Positions 13,322 through 26,829 of a stretch of 64,000 nt of DNA are shown one piece after another. Position 1 is the first letter of the stretch. Each line of letters begins with the position of its first letter. The notes beneath the pieces were generated by a model, which worked only from the letters and a program-made list of their open reading frames with translations, was not told where the DNA came from and searched no databases. A program made the translations under genes and the position numbers. Location: NCBI RefSeq assembly GCF_964204645.1, contig NC_134031.1:5642001-5706000 (forward strand), read 5' to 3'. The stretch is from Tubulanus polymorphus. Lineage: Eukaryota > Animalia > Nemertea.

Positions 13322-13991
13322 CTATACATTGATGTTTGTTGGTCGCGGGCATGAACGCCGGCAAACACTGACAGCCGCCGCTGTTCAGATACCATTCTCC
13401 GTTCGCCTTACACTGATACGTCGGCTCCGACTCCATCGCCGAATTCGCCACGCATTCCCCGGTCGCCGGGTAAATCGACGACGAATCGGACCCGGTCGGC
13501 GTCGCGAGGAACTTCGCGAAATTCAACGTCACCTCCGGGCATATTTTGTAGTAAATCCTCACGGCGATCAACGTCACGCACGCGCCCATGTCCATGAACG
13601 CGAAGTAGACGCCCTTCTGGTTGATGGCGACGCTTCGCACCTCGGTGTTGATGACTGCGTTGTTGATGCTGCTGAATTTGCTGTCAGCGGCGACGACGTC
13701 GATGTGTCTATACGTGATCGTGTCCCAACGCGGCAACATCGAGTTCGCGTAGTCCGACTCGGCCTCGTAGTATAACAAATTGAACGTTTCTTTGCACTGT
13801 TGCAGGTTCTGCGGATCGGGGTACTGCGTACATTCGCGCATCGTGAATTTCATTTCGATGTACAAGCGCTTGGCGTTGCCGCGCGGTATGAAGGGAGTTC
13901 GAAGCCAGTTTTTCGATTCCTGTTGGTCTATCATGCACACCGTGTTGACCCTAACCGTGTCTAGCCCCATATTGAAACTGGCCTCCTGCCA
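13322..13991 (-). CDS. Eph: Eph receptor, coding exon 3 (ephrin-binding domain and Sushi/Cys-rich region)
   Basis: tttcag acceptor, 670 nt: WQEASFNMG...NWLRTPFI...KFTMREC...CKETFNLLYYE...GVYFAFMDMGACVTLIAVRIYYKICP...CQCLPAF; GTAAGT donor; phase 0/1. Hallmark Eph ligand-binding-domain motifs. Confidence 0.97.
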
Positions 13992-14370
13992 CTGAAATTT
14001 GAATGAAAATGAAACAACGGATTATTATTCGATCAGCAGAGCACCGCTGAGAACATTATTACAGTGAGATTAGTTATAACTACTATCAGGTAACTGAAAA
14101 ATCTGTGCACTACTAGTCAAACCAAATATCAATATGCAGGATATATGATAGGACAATAGCCGGTACTATTCGGGACAAAATCGTCGGGTTTGTTACATTC
14201 GATAATTGAGTTTTCAGCAGTAGCTGGTTCGAGATGAAGGAATTCTTTTTGTCAAAGAGCTTTGCTTACTCGAAGATCTGAACCTATGAACTTAGGATTA
14301 ATTGACATTTATCACTAGTTGAAAATTTGAAGAGCAAGGTTTCAGTTTTTGAAAGATAGATAGAATTCCG

Positions 14371-14501
14371 GGGCCAGTTGCACAGTTGTGACTTAAGTCT
14401 AAAAGTGGTCGTAAGACTGGTCTTAAGTTGTTAGATTGGTTGTAGAACTAAGTTGGTCTTAGACTGTTCTTAAGTCTAAGCCATGACTGTGCAACAGGCC
14501 C
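14371..14501. mobile_element. Palindromic Harbinger-like MITE
   Basis: ccg|GGGCCAGTTGCACAGT...ACTGTGCAACAGGCCC|cag, with 3-bp CNG flanks. Confidence 0.7.
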
Positions 14502-15265
14502 CAGGGTAGATCCAATGGGGGCCTAAGCGGTCTCCCCCTTGTGTTCTTATCAGGGACTGGCGCCTCTAATGGTTAAATCTTGTATCCTGATTTTTTTTAA
14601 AATCTCGAATCCAGCGACACAAATCTGGAATTTGGTCAAATTCGACGCGATGCTGGAATGGATTCGTGCGGATTTCAAAGCGTGGAAGATACTACTCATA
14701 TTCCCACCGGCAATCGATCGAAACCGACAACGCCGGGATAAGCAGGATCAAGAGCTAAGGATAAACTAGAAACTGAGAGATTATTGATAAAGGTAAGCAT
14801 CCCGACACCACGCGCGCAGAGAGCGTTGAACCATTTACCGAGGCATGAATTTACGAGAATAGACACCGATACTATCGGTTTCATCATTAGTCAATCAAAA
14901 CGGTCGATTCAAAAATCTTTTCCGCGTACGTACGCGCTGCTACAAATTTGATACAACCATCCACTGATTAGCATCGCCGCGCGCGTTAAAACGCTTCTTC
15001 GCAGCGATAGCCTCGATGCCCCCACCCATGGAGAAGGATCTTTTTTTATGAATAGTTTGTTGTCAAACATATTACTGGCGATGAGCTATTTTTCCGCGTA
15101 CAGACACTACCATACTGATGCGGTTTCAACTGGTATGTTATCTATGTTTTCGAAGCGCTGTTTTCCATAGCATTTTCTACGCGTTCGAGAATCCACCTTT
15201 TTTCCATTATACACACATAGCAAGCGAACAACGCGACTTCGCCGTAACACTGATTGTATTTAGTA

Positions 15266-15593
15266 CAGGGTTTCCAGTGGTAAGGCCAGGAGTACTAAGA
15301 AGGACTTCAATTTTAGACCTTAAAGGAAGCATTTTTTGACTCAGAAACAAGTTCTTAGGTAAAACCAGTCATAGGCTATATTCCACGGAATTCTGCAACA
15401 CTTTCCTGTATATCAAATCGTGCTGACCATTGAATTACCAGGCCTAAAATTGCGCACGAAAAATAGATAAAAATCAAATTTGGAAGGACTTTTTCATCAA
15501 AAGGAAGGACTTCAAGTCAAAAAGATGATGTTTGTGCGAACTTTTTCAGAAGAAGGACAACAAAAGGACTTGGAAAGACCTCTGGAAACCCCG
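15266..15593. mobile_element. TIR element with 6-bp TSD TTAGTA next to the Eph exon 2 donor
   Basis: ttagta|CAGGGTTTCCAG...CTGGAAACCCCG|ttagta, with internal aaggac repeats. Confidence 0.75.
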
Positions 15594-15609
15594 TTAGTAG
15601 TGCACTTAC

Positions 15610-15680
15610 CCCTGTATTAGGAGGGTATGTCTGCCAGTTCAGGTCGCCCTGAGTTTCTTGTGTGGTGTCCAGCAGTACAA
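15610..15680 (-). CDS. Eph: Eph receptor, coding exon 2 (start of ligand-binding domain)
   Basis: tttatag acceptor, 71 nt encoding (V)VLLDTTQETQGDLNWQTYPPNTG, GTAAGT donor; phase 1/0. Matches the Eph 'LLDT...L.W' motif. Confidence 0.93.
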
Positions 15681-16293
15681 CTATAAAATATAAAAAACAA
15701 TACATAGAGAAATAAGAAATTTTAGATTTACGCAATCAACGTTCACTATATATGATAATTTTAGTGGCAACCATATGATAATACACTGATATCTGTATTA
15801 TGAGGATATTCTATATCGGGAGAGAATCCCACAATAAAAACAAACAAAAAATATAAAGTCTGAAAATATTTCCTTGAGCTCATTAATAATTAATTTCATT
15901 TCAACTATATTCTCGTAGTCATCTTCAGGAATACCGATTTACGTGTTTATTTTTCAGGTTATTTTCGGGTATGGATGGAAAGCAGGCCTCGCAGCTGACT
16001 AGAAATTAAATAGCGCGAACGAACGCAGACCCTCGACAGCTGTAAAATATTAGACAAATAATATACAATTTATTAAACTGTTAAGTTTTTGCTATGCATG
16101 AGAAGTGTATACGAAATTTTTAAATATTGACTCGATCAAACGCAACGATGAAAGCATAAAATATGAAAACCATGGTAATAATAGTAATGAACACATGGAG
16201 TGTATTTACCTAAGCACCTATTACATGAATATGCTAATAAAACAAAGTTGTATTGAAAAATTCAAAAATAGCTTCTAGTATATCGTATAATCC

Positions 16294-16730
16294 ATGACAG
16301 GGCGACCTTCTCGTCGCCCACTAAATTTAAAAGTGGAATATGCGAAATCTAACTTTAGAATGAAATCATTAAAAATCCAAGGTGCAAGATCCTGGAACTC
16401 CCTTCCGAGAAAACTCAAATCTTCGAAATCACGCCCTTTCTTTAAAAAATGCTTAACCAATTATTTGGTCGCATAATACTAATGCCCGCAACGTGGCCGC
16501 CATTTAATTGTTTATATATGTAAAGGGTGATTCTTGTAACGAATGTGCGTGTATGTGTAAGTGATGAGTGCATGTGAGTGTGATTGTTGACCGAGGGGTA
16601 AGGACTCGTATAAGTCAAATTTTGACTTCTCCTTACTCCTCGCACTATATATTGTTACTCTGAATATAATGTATATTGTGTCGATATTTTTTGTAACAAT
16701 TTATTTTGCAAATAAATTCAATATTCAATA
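16294..16730 (+). mobile_element. 5'-truncated LINE (CR1/L2-group) 3' end
   Basis: ORF end ...SLKIQGARSWNSLPRKLKSSKSRPFFKKCL matches the 'WNSLP...FK' C-terminus of CR1/L2-group ORF2. The 3' UTR has a hairpin (gaggggtaagga...tccttactcctc) and an aataaa-ttcaata tail. Confidence 0.7.
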
Positions 16731-16912
16731 ATGCTTGATTTACTTAACTCGTTTCGGATAAAATATATCGTTCTGTCAACCTCAACAATGGTTTAAGCCT
16801 ACATAATAAACTTCCTTCAAGGTATGTCAGTGCTCTAGTCCCCATAACGTAAAGTGCAGCGATTCGCGTCCTATTTCATGCATTAATATGTGTGTTTATT
16901 TGGCAAGTCATT

Positions 16913-17045
16913 TTAGACTGAAGAAGGCTGGTAGGAACCACCCGAAATATTTCTGATATGTTTTTAAATAAACATTTTATCATTAATTAATTTACTGTGG
17001 GATTTTTATTCATATCGTTTTATCACGGATATTGTGATCTTCAAT
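16913..17045 (+). mobile_element. Penelope-type pLTR remnant with a minimal hammerhead-ribozyme motif; inverted copy at ~25110-25235
   Basis: ttagaCTGAAGA-aggctggtaggaaccaccc-GAAATATT-tctga, followed by an AT-rich tail ending gatattgtgat that is shared with 25110-25235. Confidence 0.55.
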
Positions 17046-18924
17046 TGATTCAACGAGGGTAGATTAATGATAAAATCTTTGCTTCGATCTCTTTAGATTA
17101 AGCTTTCGCTCGGATGGTACTCGGGTTTTCGGGTCGGCTTGAAAAATCTTTCTGAAAAGATGGCATATTTGCCGTTGTCAGGGGCAATGCTCCGTGGCTG
17201 TTACAGCACAGCCAGGTATACACTCTGGTTAGTGACTCAGCCATTACCGGCACTGAATAGAACCTAATGAACATCCAGCCTTGGCACCGTTTCCTATTTC
17301 CCCGGCTAGCCTATGAAAATTAAAGACACGTCTAAAGACACCCGCAAGTTCTCGATTGAGATAAGTCAAACCATCAAGGAGTCAGTTCAAATGGTAAATC
17401 TCGAGGGCGGATCTAGGATTCTTCAAAAAGAGTGAACCTGAAAATTGGAATGGGCACTTAGTTTGAAAAGGGCAGTAGGCAATGTGAGGGCTGCAAGCGT
17501 TCGAAACCTTGGTGGCCCTCCCAACAGAAAATTTAAGACAAAAGGGGCTTTTCTGGCCCTTGTCAGTGCCTATTCGGATTTATTGTAGGTCTTTCCTTAA
17601 GTTTTCTTTGCAAATAATATTTTTGCAGACTTTTCAGGGCACGTTCGAATTTTGAAAGGGTACACCCCTAAATCCGCCCTTGGAACTAGCATTTTTTTTA
17701 TTCTGGATCAAGATCTAATGTTTTGGGCCACCGTTCTGGGTTCAATTTGACTCTGGCCTTGCTCTGTAGTTGATACATTGACATGGCATCTATTAACCCA
17801 CAAATTGCTGAGATGACGCCGAAATGGAGTTCAATGTTGTCGTTTTCCATTCGCCTGAGTACACAGCAGCACCGGTGCGCGTCTAAAAGCGATGGATTTT
17901 GAAACTGAATCTGATTTCCATTTCGCCGGTTTCACTCAGGGAGATTGCATCGGATAACCGGTATATAACCTGTACCAGCGCGCTGGTTTGAGAGTATTAG
18001 TATTGACAGCTGAAAGCCAAACGAAAACTACCGACAGATTTCAGGAGACAAGTGCTATATACCCGAGAGCTCCATGCGTTTCCCCAGTGACACGACTGAC
18101 CTAAATTCAAAGTCACCCCAGTGTTGAAAAAAAGTGGCGAAAAAGTTCCCAATAAAACTCAGAATAAATGAATAGGATGTTGATAGGTCGTAATTGATAC
18201 TCTCCCTTTCGAAGGACAACAGTTCGTAACCTACTTCGAGAAGAGTTTAACCGAAATTACATTGTATTCTTCGTGTCATCAATCAAAACGCAATGCGTCT
18301 AAATACTGCATTGTGACAATTCAACGGCGGTAAGTTATCATCACCCGACCGCGCGCAGATTGATCGGGAATTTATGAGATGGCACATGTAGAATTAATTT
18401 GAATAATTGTCCTGTGGCAATCATTCCAGTCTCCTAATTGTGGGCCTAATTTGCAGCTTTGCAACAGCTCTCTAGCCTTCAGTGATATGTCGTCGTTACA
18501 CATGCAGCCTTCAGTCAAGGAGGAAATTGATTTAGGCCTGCGACGAGAGACATGAGCACACGTAGGCATACTCCATTCTACTCGATTCTAATGTATATTC
18601 CTGAATTCCGCAAGATTACCAGAGGATCCTAGAACGGGGATAGTAAGATTATTAACGGTCGGAACTAATAGAATAAGATGAGTCATTCGAAACATAGTCA
18701 ATCAGAAATTTGCCGAAAGACTCGTCACAACACCGGTTGTATATATAAGTCATATCGATTGGATATGAATCCTAGGGACGATACGAGACTTAGAGAGAAG
18801 ATCGTCGGACTTTGTAAGCGCCCTCGTGAAACATTACGAACGTCTTCAATTTCAAACTGCCCACCTCAAAGTTCACATAATGCTTCTAATGACAGAAATC
18901 ACTTTCCGTGAAAAAATACCTGAA

Positions 18925-19045
18925 GTAAACAATTTTCACAAAGCTTTCGATCCACAAACTAAATGATTTTCACATGATCTCCGAACTAAAACGATTTTCC
19001 CAAAGCTTTCGATGCCCAAGCTTAACGATTTTCCCAAAGCTTTCA
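18925..19045 (+). repeat. Degenerate ~33-bp tandem repeat, about 4 units
   Basis: aacgattttcccaaagctttcgat motif repeated. Confidence 0.7.
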
Positions 19046-21763
19046 GATATTGGCCCCTAATCTAATCTGATCAGACAACTTATACGGAACTGCCTGATTT
19101 TTTTACTTTTTTGAAATGTTAACTAACGCTCTAGGGCTTTGGAAACATTTATATGTCAAAAGGCAAGCGCGAAATTATATCTTAACGCGAATTAGAAAAG
19201 TTCATTCCATGATATTTGATCGGTTTTCTTTTGAAACGGCTGCCAGCTCGTCTCGCGGATACAGCAGAACTTCGAGTCACGGGTGACTAGGATCAACGTC
19301 TGTAAAAGCAACAGATCAGCGTTTGGGGGTATATCGACTGGCACACAGTACCGGCGGTGCATATCAAAATACCACGCTGCAGATTGCAACCAATGTGCAA
19401 TAAAAACAGAGACTGATAACCTTTGCCAGTACGACAAAGACTCTGCATTATTTATTATGTTATCGCTGGGAATGTATGTTTTATAAGACCGGGCTAATCA
19501 AGAACAGGCAATTCGCAGGTTCTTAAGGCCATAAATTATGTAATAATCAAGAGTGAGAAAGTACCACAGGGAGAAATGCCAGCCTAGACTGAAAACTATA
19601 TATATAGTGCCGATTTATACCTCGAAGGGAAGGTATAGCTTCTAGGCATATACCACCCACACGAAGCAACATTTTCTCTGACGTAAAAAATCTATTTTAA
19701 AATCTATTTTTTTAGAAGGACACTCAAGGTGTTGCAGTTCGAATATATCTCCATTGCGTTCGAAAGTGAAATTATGCTATAAGTGCCGATCTGGAACTCT
19801 TGCGGGAAAGAATAACAACAATAGGCAGGTCCCTATATACTATTTGAATTCAAATTAAAGTTCATGACATTTTCAACGGACAGGTTATCAGTTGGAGATT
19901 TTCTTTTGAGCGTTAAATGTATTTCGATTGTGTCCGTCAATTAAATATCGCGGGTGGTCTTTGTAACGATCTTCTAACGCTAGTCTCTAATTCAGGTATA
20001 TAGAAATTCTTGGGCATAAAATTGAAATCATGTCCTTTTCGCGTTTTACGTACTTAAACATACATAATCGTTAACACCTCTCTTGGACTATGCGAGTGAT
20101 TAATGTCGTTCCTTCAGTTCAGGGGACACGAAATATTGACATTTCATCAAGTGTTTAAACAAAACCCGCATGTTTCACACCTTTGAGAAATATGAAACAT
20201 TGTCCAGAGTTTCAATTGACCGACGTAAATTAACTTTGCACCTCGATAAAAGGCGCAATAATCGTTAATAAACTCGTAGATTTTGCAAACAGGTCAGAAT
20301 GTCGGGCTCTCAAACTATGTTTATGCGTAAACAAATACTTGGAAACTGTAGATTTCAATTTCAGAAAATCTGTTAGATCAGTCATACTTAATTAGTCTGT
20401 ATCAGTTGAATTTTTGATTTGAATCATGATCTTCTCTAAATATCATTTAACAGTCCATCATACATGAATTTGCATGGAACCTATACAAGCAATCATGTTT
20501 GCTGATTGCTCGTAGAAGGAACAAGCATGGGGTTATCTGAGGCATGAACTGCAGATTGTCCCAGACCCAGTCTTCCCTGCAGTACCTTCTTGTTTCCGCC
20601 TGCCCCGTGTAATGCGCTATGGGGCCAGGCCTACATGTCTATAGACCTTACATCTAAACACACTTTGAAAATACATGCTTTTGTATCATATTCTAAAATA
20701 TTCTTGTGTTTCATATTCAATTTACGACAAAACAGAACAGATATGCCATATATATATATATATATCGGAAATCAGGACCAATCAACATTTTTACGCGAGG
20801 AATCATTTCATCAATACTTTCAACCTAAGCTCACTATTCATGTCTTCAAAATAGACGTAATATGCAATTTTATTCGAGAAAAAAACCCTGCAAGATAATA
20901 TTGGCATGATGCTGGATAGAGATGAAGTAAAGAGTCTGCGCGTATACGAAGTGGTGCGTTTGATAAAGGCATGATTTATGAGATGTTTAATATGGGTTGA
21001 AATTATTGATCTTAGTCGGAGCAAACATACGAAAAGTGGTTTCGTTCTGTCGCAACCGCGGCGGCGGCGGTATCGCGCTCCTCCGGAATCAACAAAGACG
21101 TGTATCGTCGCGGCGACAAGGGTATTTCAACCACTCGAACCTACGCGACGGAGACCTCGCGGAAATTGGACCGACACTCCGGCCCGGAAGCGGACGCCCG
21201 GACTCGAATAAAAGAACGTCGACGTCGGGGCAACAATGGAAGCCGTATCGGGTTACCGCGGCCACCTGAATTCCCGTTCCGGCGGCTTCGCGTCACGATC
21301 GCAAATAAAACTCTCTTCGCCCGATCGAGATGTTTGTTTTTTATTACTCGGCAGCACTCCGTCCTATATTCGAGTATCGGGGACCAATAAAACGTATTCC
21401 GCCGAGCGTTGTTATTAATATCCGGTCATAAATGCGAGGGTGGTCGCCTCGCCATTGCTGATTCAGAACAACTTTTACGAAGAACTTATCTTCTGATATA
21501 CTGATAAGTATCTGAAAATTTCTAAAAATTTCAATCATTGACTTTAAGTCAAGCTGTATACAAGAAAGTTTACTTATCACAAGATTCTAATACACCTCTA
21601 GTTGTTTTAAGTGGGAGTTCAGTTCCTAAGAACTTCAGAAAATAATCAACTCCCCATTAGAAATGATATGAGTTCTTTGATTAGAATTTGTTTGGTACCA
21701 AATTCACCATCACTTTTTATATAGTCCTAACAATGCGAATCAAAAATCTCCTAGAGAAGACCA

Positions 21764-22052
21764 CAGTGTTCTCCACAAAGAATTTCTAAAGGGCGTCACC
21801 CCTTTTGTTTTTACATCGACCCATCTGAAAATCAACCACTTTTTATAAAATATCTGCTGCCCCTAGACATGATATTCTGATAATTGCTTCTAAAGATATT
21901 GAGCTAATGTAAAAAGATTTCAACAAAATCAAGCTTAGATTATCTGTATTTTTTGGGGGATCGAAAGCCTTGCTGAAAGTTCATCAGCCACGATATCATA
22001 CGCTTAACGATGAATGCAGTTCCTTTAAAATTCCAGCATACGAATAACACTG
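21764..22052 (+). mobile_element. MITE family B copy
   Basis: CAGTGTTCTCC...GAATAACACTG with the shared internal sequence. Confidence 0.75.
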
Positions 22053-23972
22053 GAATTCTCAATATCTTCCAGAGAAGACCTTTACTTAGTACTTGACAAA
22101 CCAATATAAGTCTACATCAACATTGACTCATGGATCTGTAAGTTGACTGTATTAATAACCGACAGTTTTAGTCAATTAGTTTTCGGGGCGAAGCAACAAT
22201 CTCGGCGTGTTGTGCCACAGGAAATATCACCTGCTGATGGGAAGCTAATTAAAATAACGCGCGTGCGTGTTGAACGCCCTTAAAACAGTCTTAAAAACTT
22301 GGAAAGAAAAAAACTCCTGCGGTCGCCTATAACGCCGTGCTTTACGCGTATTCTTATTTCGGAAACGAGTTTCTGGCGACAAAGTCGAGGCGCGAATTAT
22401 CGCCCACTGAACTATCGCGACAGTCACGAAAACAGCGGGAATATCTCAGGCTTAGAAGGGGACTGGAGACTACGATATATATCTCCAACTGATATGCGAG
22501 TATAGTGACTGCACGTCACGTCACGTCTAGACTAGACTAGAATCGAAACTCGAAAGGATTTTACTCAAAAAACTCTTTCAAAAATCATGTTCATAAATCG
22601 TCATTTTAAGTTGGTCTTGGCCATGGTTAGGATTTAACCGATTGCTAATGGGTTAAGTAAACTGCCCGATCTAGCTAATTGGAGAGGTATAGCCCAACTG
22701 GGCGCTTCTTAACCACGAGTCTCCTCAATTGGATCAGGGCTTTGCGTACATAATCTATCTACTAGATATTTTGTAATGTATATCTATGCACGGAAAAATT
22801 ATCGCTTTTTTCGAAAGTGGTTAATTACGGATTATCGGTTTAATAGCGAAATCCTTCAGTCGGCGCGGCGCAGCGCGTGCAAATCAACAAGTTCTATTAA
22901 GAAGAGAATATCGGCGAAATGTCGCAATAAGACGACGACGAAGCTGTAACCTAAAGATTGAATAATAAAAGCCGGTTTCGCTGTCACTTTCATTGCGTAT
23001 CGGAGCGATTATCGACAAATTTTCCGATACCGCGAACGATACTCTTCGCACGCACATGCGGCGTAGAGCTCGTCCGTCCTCGTCCGCGTCGGATGAGTCA
23101 ATTATCATAAATAGATTGATAATAATCGTGTATCAGAAATAACGTCATCTCTCTCGTAAAACCTGTGACTAGCGTCCTACTGGGCGCTTTCTATAATCGC
23201 GATCTATAGGACCCAGCGAGAGGCCGGCTCGCAATAAGGCGTTATAAGTGGCGGGCGTGATTCGGAATTCTGTCGTCATCGTTGTCTCGGCCGCGGCCCA
23301 ACCCATCCGCGCGCACCCCCGCGCCGCGTAACAAACGTCGACGTAAAACGGCAACTTCTTATATATAGAAAACGAAAACTGCAGGGGGGGCTGATGAAAT
23401 AGAATTTACACAATAAATAAATTCTTCTTCAATACAAATACGCATGTTGCGGTATTGATGACGCGGATGATTTTGTTTAACTTGACAAAAAAGGTGTCGA
23501 TAAACGAATAAAAGAGTGACTAAATGCCGAAATAATTCGGCCATATTCTTTATTTGTCACGGTCGATCAACAACAACAAGGGATACTCCGCATGTTATAC
23601 TCCGCATGTATAGACCACGGCATCTGCATCGGCGCCACTCGGATTTCTATGAATTAACCGAATTGTCGCCTAATTCATCGATATCTCGGTATATTCGCAA
23701 TCGATAAGTGATAGATCGGAAGCACCGAATATGAAGACTTCGAGCAAAATGGAATATGCAATTATAGTTTTTTTCGATTGATGTTGGACTAAGAACTCAA
23801 GCAGGCTAAAAACTTATAAGGGCGGACCTCTTACGGGGTAAAGTAAATTTCGGTATAAAAACAATGCTAACTCATGGTTTTAACTGAGTCATAGTCGTGG
23901 GCGTGTTGTGGATGATGATCAAGAGTTTGAGCCTGAGAAATTTGTCATTCTAATCTTAGATGCTGAATCTAA

Positions 23973-24254
23973 CAGTGTTTTCTGACAACAGGTTTCAGAG
24001 GGGCGGTCACCCCTTTCATTTTTACATCCCCCTTTGAAAATCAGCAACCGTTTATAAAATATCCGTTTCCCCTGCCACAGTGGATACCAATACTGATAAT
24101 TGTTCTGAAATATACTGAAATAACGCGAAAAATAGAAGATTACACAAAAAATTTAGCCTAATTTTCTGTAGTTTTGGGGGCGTCGAAAGCCTGGCTACTT
24201 TAGTAGCCACGATACCATACACTAAACAATAATTCCAGCATATGGAAAACATCG
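23973..24254 (+). mobile_element. MITE family B copy
   Basis: CAGTGTTTTCT...GGAAAACATCG with the shared internal sequence. Confidence 0.72.
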
Positions 24255-26421
24255 AATTAAAAAAAAACCTCGGGGATGTACATAGATGATGCCACGGATA
24301 TGGCAAACAGAAAAAAGATCTCGACCAATCGATTTATCGTGGGCCTGATCAATTTCTGGTCCGTCGTGTTTTACTGCCGCGCTACGCAAAATACACGGAG
24401 CACTTTCTCTTTCTCTCTGCGATTGCGATGAAATGCTAGGTAGAAATGCTGGATGAAAATAACGACCACGCGAAGGAGGTATGAGGTGTCAGTCGATTTT
24501 TTTTCGCGGCGTAAAAATGCTATAAAGGTGTGACCGGATCCATAATACAAAAAAACGCAGGGATAATGGGGAGGGTATGCGCCGGCGTCGTCTGCAGGCG
24601 TCTTCAGGCGAAACTTTCACCGCAATTGAAAACACGTGTCTGGTGACAGTGACATCGACGCCGCGTAAATGTATCTCGCTTTTAGCAGCTGATTTCTGCA
24701 TTGAGCTGAGTCGAGCGTAAACCCCCAAATATCCCCCTCCCCCTGGGTGAACGGTTACCTAACAAAGACGCTGACGCAGCGCGGGTATCAACCCCAGCTG
24801 AAATCAATTGTTAGCTTTTTGAAACATGGATATCTCATCGGGGCGTGTTCGCCTTACGGATTCAATAAGATAAAACTCGTAATACACGGGATCGGGGTAA
24901 AAAAGGGGATTTCGGGATGAAATGTGCTTATTCAATCATTCGACCTTAAATGGCATTCTCGGTCGGAAAAACGAGGAAACAAGAGAAAGAATCGATTATC
25001 AATAGAACCAAAAATACATAAAGAGGAACCTCTTTATGTATTTTTGATAGAACGGATTTGAATTTAAATATGAGCGACATAACAATTCCGAACAAAATCT
25101 ACTAACGCATCTGTAAAATCACAATATCTCAGTAATGAAACGATAAAAGTAAAATACCACCAATTGTTGAATGACTTATTTGAAAATACTAGACGTATTC
25201 CCGGGTGATTATTCCTACCACTCATCTTCAGCCTAATGATGACTGATGACGCCCCGGTTCACAATGTCATAATGTTCTAGAGATGAGAAAACCGCTAAAT
25301 CAATATTAGAGAATCTCACGATTTCTAGAAATGCAAAACACATGACATCATTTCACGCGGAATTTTTTTCACAAAGACGCATCCCTAATTTTTTCATCTT
25401 TGAAATCGGTCGGTATTTTTTCGCCGCCCCAGAGACCGGCAATTCCCAGGACATTATTCACAAACAGAGAACCGTATTTTCATTCAACAACGCGCGACTA
25501 TTGACGAACGTCGCGCTGTGAACCTGTCCTGTTGCCTGGCTTTCAATTCCATCGCGCAAACGTCTATTTAGAGATTTTTCTCAAGAAATGTATTCGCACT
25601 TTTGTATGTAGTAGCACGGATAACATTGAATCGACTACTCAAACGACCACGACCACCGATGACATATTCGGTTGAATTCAAATCTACGTTTATTTGCCGA
25701 TGTGATTCTACGAATTCATAGCATTGTAGTAAAGTGCCCCGACCTATAGTCGCCGAAATTGAAGAAAATAAAACTAATGGCTTCGTAAACACTTAGCGTT
25801 AAAGAAGACATATTTATTGCCGTGGTCGCCAACACTCAATGACTAATAACCTTTTTGCATCGGGTACAGACAATTAGCTTTGATTCTCGATAAAACATCA
25901 GGTTATTTATGTACACGAGAAAAATCCCGCAATAAATCAGCTAAAGATGAAAAGTTCTCGAATAGAAGTGTATCTAGGTAACTAAATAAATTGATTGGAG
26001 GTTTTTTGGAGGACACATCACGGTTATTGAGCGGGTGTCTAATTTTGATTTGACGATTTTTTTTGTCCTAAATAACCGCGGGAAGGTTTTTAGCATGGTT
26101 TCAAAATGTGAACAATTACAAGGAAACATTAGATTTAGTAAAAGAAAATCATAACAAAATGTAGTACAAAGAAAACATCATCAGCCAGTTTGGAAGATAT
26201 CTCCCTTCATGAATTAGGGTAGATTAGTCAACTAGCCTATAGCCTACAGGTGAGAAGTTCACGACCTATTTTTCTTATTGCTGTAATGCTGATGTGTTTG
26301 TCTCCCCATCAACCAAACCCCGGTATCCAGCTGAGCTTGGAGTGATTACTCCAAGATTTGAGCAATGTTTCCCTTACAATGCCTGATAATGGCTAAATAG
26401 ACTTCAGCCAAAACGTTTGTA

Positions 26422-26829
26422 TGGTAAATGTTAGATCCTGTAACCGCGTCGTACACAAAATGGCGGCTTTTTCAATTGATAAGATCAGAAGGGTTAGTAT
26501 CAAGAGGGTTTAGGGTTAGGGTAAGGTGAGGCGTTAGGGTAGGGTAAGGTGAGGCTATTGGGTTAGGGTTAGGTGAGGCTTTAGGGTTAGGATTAGGTGA
26601 GGTTTCACAGCTTATTACTATAACGTAGCTTAAGGTAAGACTATATGTAGTTATAAAACCGGTGAATCGGTAAGCTAGCATCACTAGCGCCGTGGGATCA
26701 CGTAATGCTTACGCTCATGTGGTTGCGTGTTCGAATCCTGAATTTTTAGTTACTTTTCAAGAGTTTTCTAAGTCCAGGCAGTCAATGTGCATGCGCGATG
26801 AGTCGGTTATAGGATCTAACATCTACCCG
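26422..26829. mobile_element. TIR element containing a degenerate (TTAGGG)n tract
   Basis: 24-bp TIR GGTAAATGTTAGATCCTGTAACCG / CGGTTATAGGATCTAACATCTACC (2 mismatches); telomere-like repeats at ~26505-26602. Confidence 0.75.

Noticed and set aside
13224-13775. 183-aa plus-strand ORF
   Set aside because: Antisense shadow of the GC/CpG-rich Eph exon 3 with no recognisable domain.
26505-26602. True telomere or chromosome-fusion site; ORF with NPNP repeats
   Set aside because: Short, degenerate, single-orientation tract enclosed by TIRs. The ORF is just the translated repeat.
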